A DNA stretch of 64,000 nucleotides, from assembly GCF_009914755.1 (NCBI RefSeq), contig NC_060944.1. One strand, written 5' to 3'. Below are positions 61,117 to 64,000 of this stretch, piece by piece. The notes under the pieces are model-generated. The model had not been told where the DNA came from. It searched no databases and worked only from the letters and a program-made list of their open reading frames with translations. This stretch comes from the human T2T-CHM13v2.0 reference genome, Homo sapiens. Made by a program: the position numbers and the translations under genes. Positions within the stretch are counted from its first letter, which is position 1, and the number at the start of each line of letters is the position of its first letter.

Positions 61117-62915
61117 GGTCCGTTCCAAGATGGCCAAACAGGAACAGCTCTGGTATGCAGCTCCCAGCGTGATCTATGCAAAGACGGATGATTTCTGCAT
61201 TTCCAACTGAGGAACCTGGTTCATCTCATTGGGACTACTCAGAAAGTGGGTGCAGACCACGGAGGGAGAGCCAAAGCAGGGTGCGGCATCGCCTCATCCA
61301 GGAAGCGCAAGGGGTCAGAGGATTTCCCTTTCCTAGCCAAGGGAAGCCATGACAGATGCCATCTCCATCAAGCTACCAATGACTTTCTTCACAGATTTGG
61401 AAAAGACTACTTTAAAGTTCATATGGAACCAAAAAAGAGCCTGCATTGCCAAGACAATCCTAAGCAAAAAGAACAAAGCTGGAGGCATCACACTACCTGA
61501 CTTCAAACTATACTACAGTAACCAAAACAGCATGGTACTGGTGCCAAAACAGATATACCGACCAACGGAACAGAACAGGGGACTCAGAAATAACACCATG
61601 CATCTACAACCATCTCATCTTTGACAAACCTGACAAAAACAAGAAATGGGGAAAGGATTCCCTATTTAATAAACGGTGCTGGGAAAACTGGCTAGCCTTA
61701 TGTAGAAAGCTGAAACTGGATCCCCTCTTTACACCTTATACAAAAATTAATTTGAGATGGATTAAAGACTTAAATGTTAGACCTGAAACCATAAAAACCC
61801 TAGAAGAAAACCTAGGCAATACCATTCAGGACATAGGCGTGGGCAAAGACTTCATGACTAAAACACCAAAAGCAATCGCAACAAAAGCCAAAATTGACAA
61901 ATGGGATCTAATTCGACTAAAGAGCTTCTGCACAGCAAAAGAAACTACCATCAGAGTGAACAGGCAACCTACAGAATGGGAGAAAATTTTTGCAATCTAT
62001 CCATCTAACAAAGGGCTAATATCCAGAATCTACAAAGAACTTAAACAAATTTACAAGAAAAAATCAAACAACCCCATCAAAAAGTGGGCAAAGAATATGA
62101 ACAGACACTTTTCAAAAGAAGACGTTTATGCAGCCAGCAGACACATGAAAAAATGCTCATCATCACTGCTCATCCGAGAAATACAAATCAAAACCACAAT
62201 GAGATACCATCTCACACCAGTTAGAACAGCGATCATTAAAAAGTCAGGAAACAACAGTTGTTGGAGAGGATGTGGAGAAATAGGAACGCTTTTACACTGT
62301 TGGTGGGAGTGTAAATTAGTTCAACCATTGTGGAAGACAGTGTGGCGATTCCTCAAGGATCTAGAACTAGAAAGACCATTTGACCCAGCCATCCCATTAC
62401 TGGGTATATAAACCAAAGGATTATAGAAACATGCTACTATAAAGACACATGCACACATACGTTTATTTCAGCACTATTCACAATAGCAAAGATTTGGAAC
62501 CAACCCAAACATCCATCAATGATAGACTGGATTAAGAAAATGTGGCACATATACACCATGGAATACTATGCAGCCATAAAAAAGGATGAGTTCATGTCCT
62601 TTGTAGTGACATGGATGAAGCTGGAAACCATCATTCTCAGCAAACTATTGCAAGGACAAAAAACCAAACACCGCATGTTCTCACTCATAGGTGGGAACTG
62701 AACAATGAGAACACATGGACACAGGAAGTGGAACATCACACACCAGGGCCTGTTGTGGGGTGGGGGGATGGGGGAGGGATAGCATTAGGAGAAATACCTC
62801 ATGTAAATGACGAGTTAATGGGTGCAGCAAACCAACATGGCACATGTATACATATGTAACAAACCTGCACATTGTGCACATGTACCCTAGAACTTAAAGT
62901 ATAATAATAATAATA
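61117..62915 (+). mobile_element. L1PA5-7 with 5'UTR start fused to late ORF2 (large internal deletion)
   Basis: 5' end ttccaagatggcc...ggaacagctc; junction gacaga|tgccatc at ~61356; ORF2 C-term fragments; 3'UTR and tail. Confidence 0.95.
61126..61136 (+). promoter_or_regulatory. L1 5'UTR YY1 site (caagatggcc)
   Basis: Matches the known YY1 element at the L1 transcription start; activity unknown. Confidence 0.65.
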
Positions 62916-63187
62916 TATCTTAAAAAAACTCTATTGCCAAAAGCCTTATGTGGCTGTCCACTACATTAAGAAAAATTGCTTGTTTGTTTGTTTGTTTTTC
63001 CAGTTGTAATTATACCATTCTCTTGACTATATTCTGTCTACCTCTTAAATTAGATAACTTGCTGATCATAAAACAAACCCCAAGATTTTCCCTCCTGAAG
63101 ACACTTCATTCATGACTCTTTCCTTAATCTACCAGATATGACACCTTCCTCTGCTTCTTTTGAACTCTTCAGCCCTTTCCTACTTCA

Positions 63188-63516
<329 letters not shown>

Positions 63517-63540
63517 GGATTTTAACTGTTAAGGTTTTGA

Positions 63541-64000
63541 TATTTTTATTTCAATAGTTTTGGGGTTTGGAATGGTTTTGGGTTTCAATGGTTTTGAGTT
63601 ACATGAATACATTCTTTAAGTGGTTATTTCTGATATTTTAGTGAACCTGTCACCTGAGCGGTATATACTGTGCCCAATATGTAGTCTTTTATCCCTCACT
63701 CCCCTCCCAATCTTCTCCTATGAGTCCTCAAAGTCCATTATATCACTCTTATGCCTTTGTGTCCTCACAGCTTAACTCCCACTTATAAGTGAGAACATAT
63801 GATATTTGGTTTTCTATTCTTGAGTGACTTCACTTAGAATAATGGCCTCCAGCCCCATCCAAGTTTCTGTAAAAGACATTATTTCATTCCTTTTTATGGT
63901 TGAATAGTATTCCATGGTGTGTATATACCATATTTTCTTTATCCACTCGTTAGTCAATGGGTACTAAGGTTGGTTCCATATGTTTGCAATTATAAATTGT
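63541..64000 (-). mobile_element. L1PB(1)-like 3' end, running off the window, same sense as TASP1
   Basis: tttatttcaatagttttgggg ... cccacttataagtgagaacat ... tagtattccatggtgtgtatatacca. Confidence 0.9.

Noticed and set aside
61340-61370. Canonical spliced L1 retrocopy (SpIRE)
   Set aside because: Junction bases do not fit GT-AG positions in the consensus as recalled; needs alignment to exclude fully.

Overview
Human (or great-ape) euchromatic DNA, AT-rich, CpG-poor and repeat-dense. The whole window is inside the TASP1 (Taspase 1, threonine aspartase) gene, which is transcribed on the minus strand. Two short coding exons are present: 24463-24573 (111 nt) and 6867-6940 (74 nt). They splice in frame to ...SSPFLASEDGVLGGVIVLRSCRCSAEPDSSQNKQTLL|VEFLWSHTTESMCVGYMSAQDGKAK..., which I recognise as the C-terminal part of Taspase 1 (probably exons 12 and 13 of 14; numbering from memory). 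Neither is recovered by the ORF track. The rest is intron, largely transposon-derived: ten Alus, four L1PA pieces, older L1PB/L1M, L2, MIR, MaLR LTRs, a near full-length Tigger1, a full-length HSMAR2, MER3, MER58 and a MER82-like element. I found no evidence of a new gene or enzymatic system. The best second-look items are structural: (i) each exon is bracketed by its own pair of inverted L1 3' ends; (ii) an L1PA with a double template-switch duplication splits ORF2 into two stop-free ORFs and gains a new ATG; (iii) an L1PA with its 5'UTR fused to late ORF2 at the same ATGCC site; (iv) an old internal inverted duplication in HSMAR2; (v) two abutting perfect palindromes at 16227-16261. Repeat subfamily names and many repeat boundaries are by eye and approximate.
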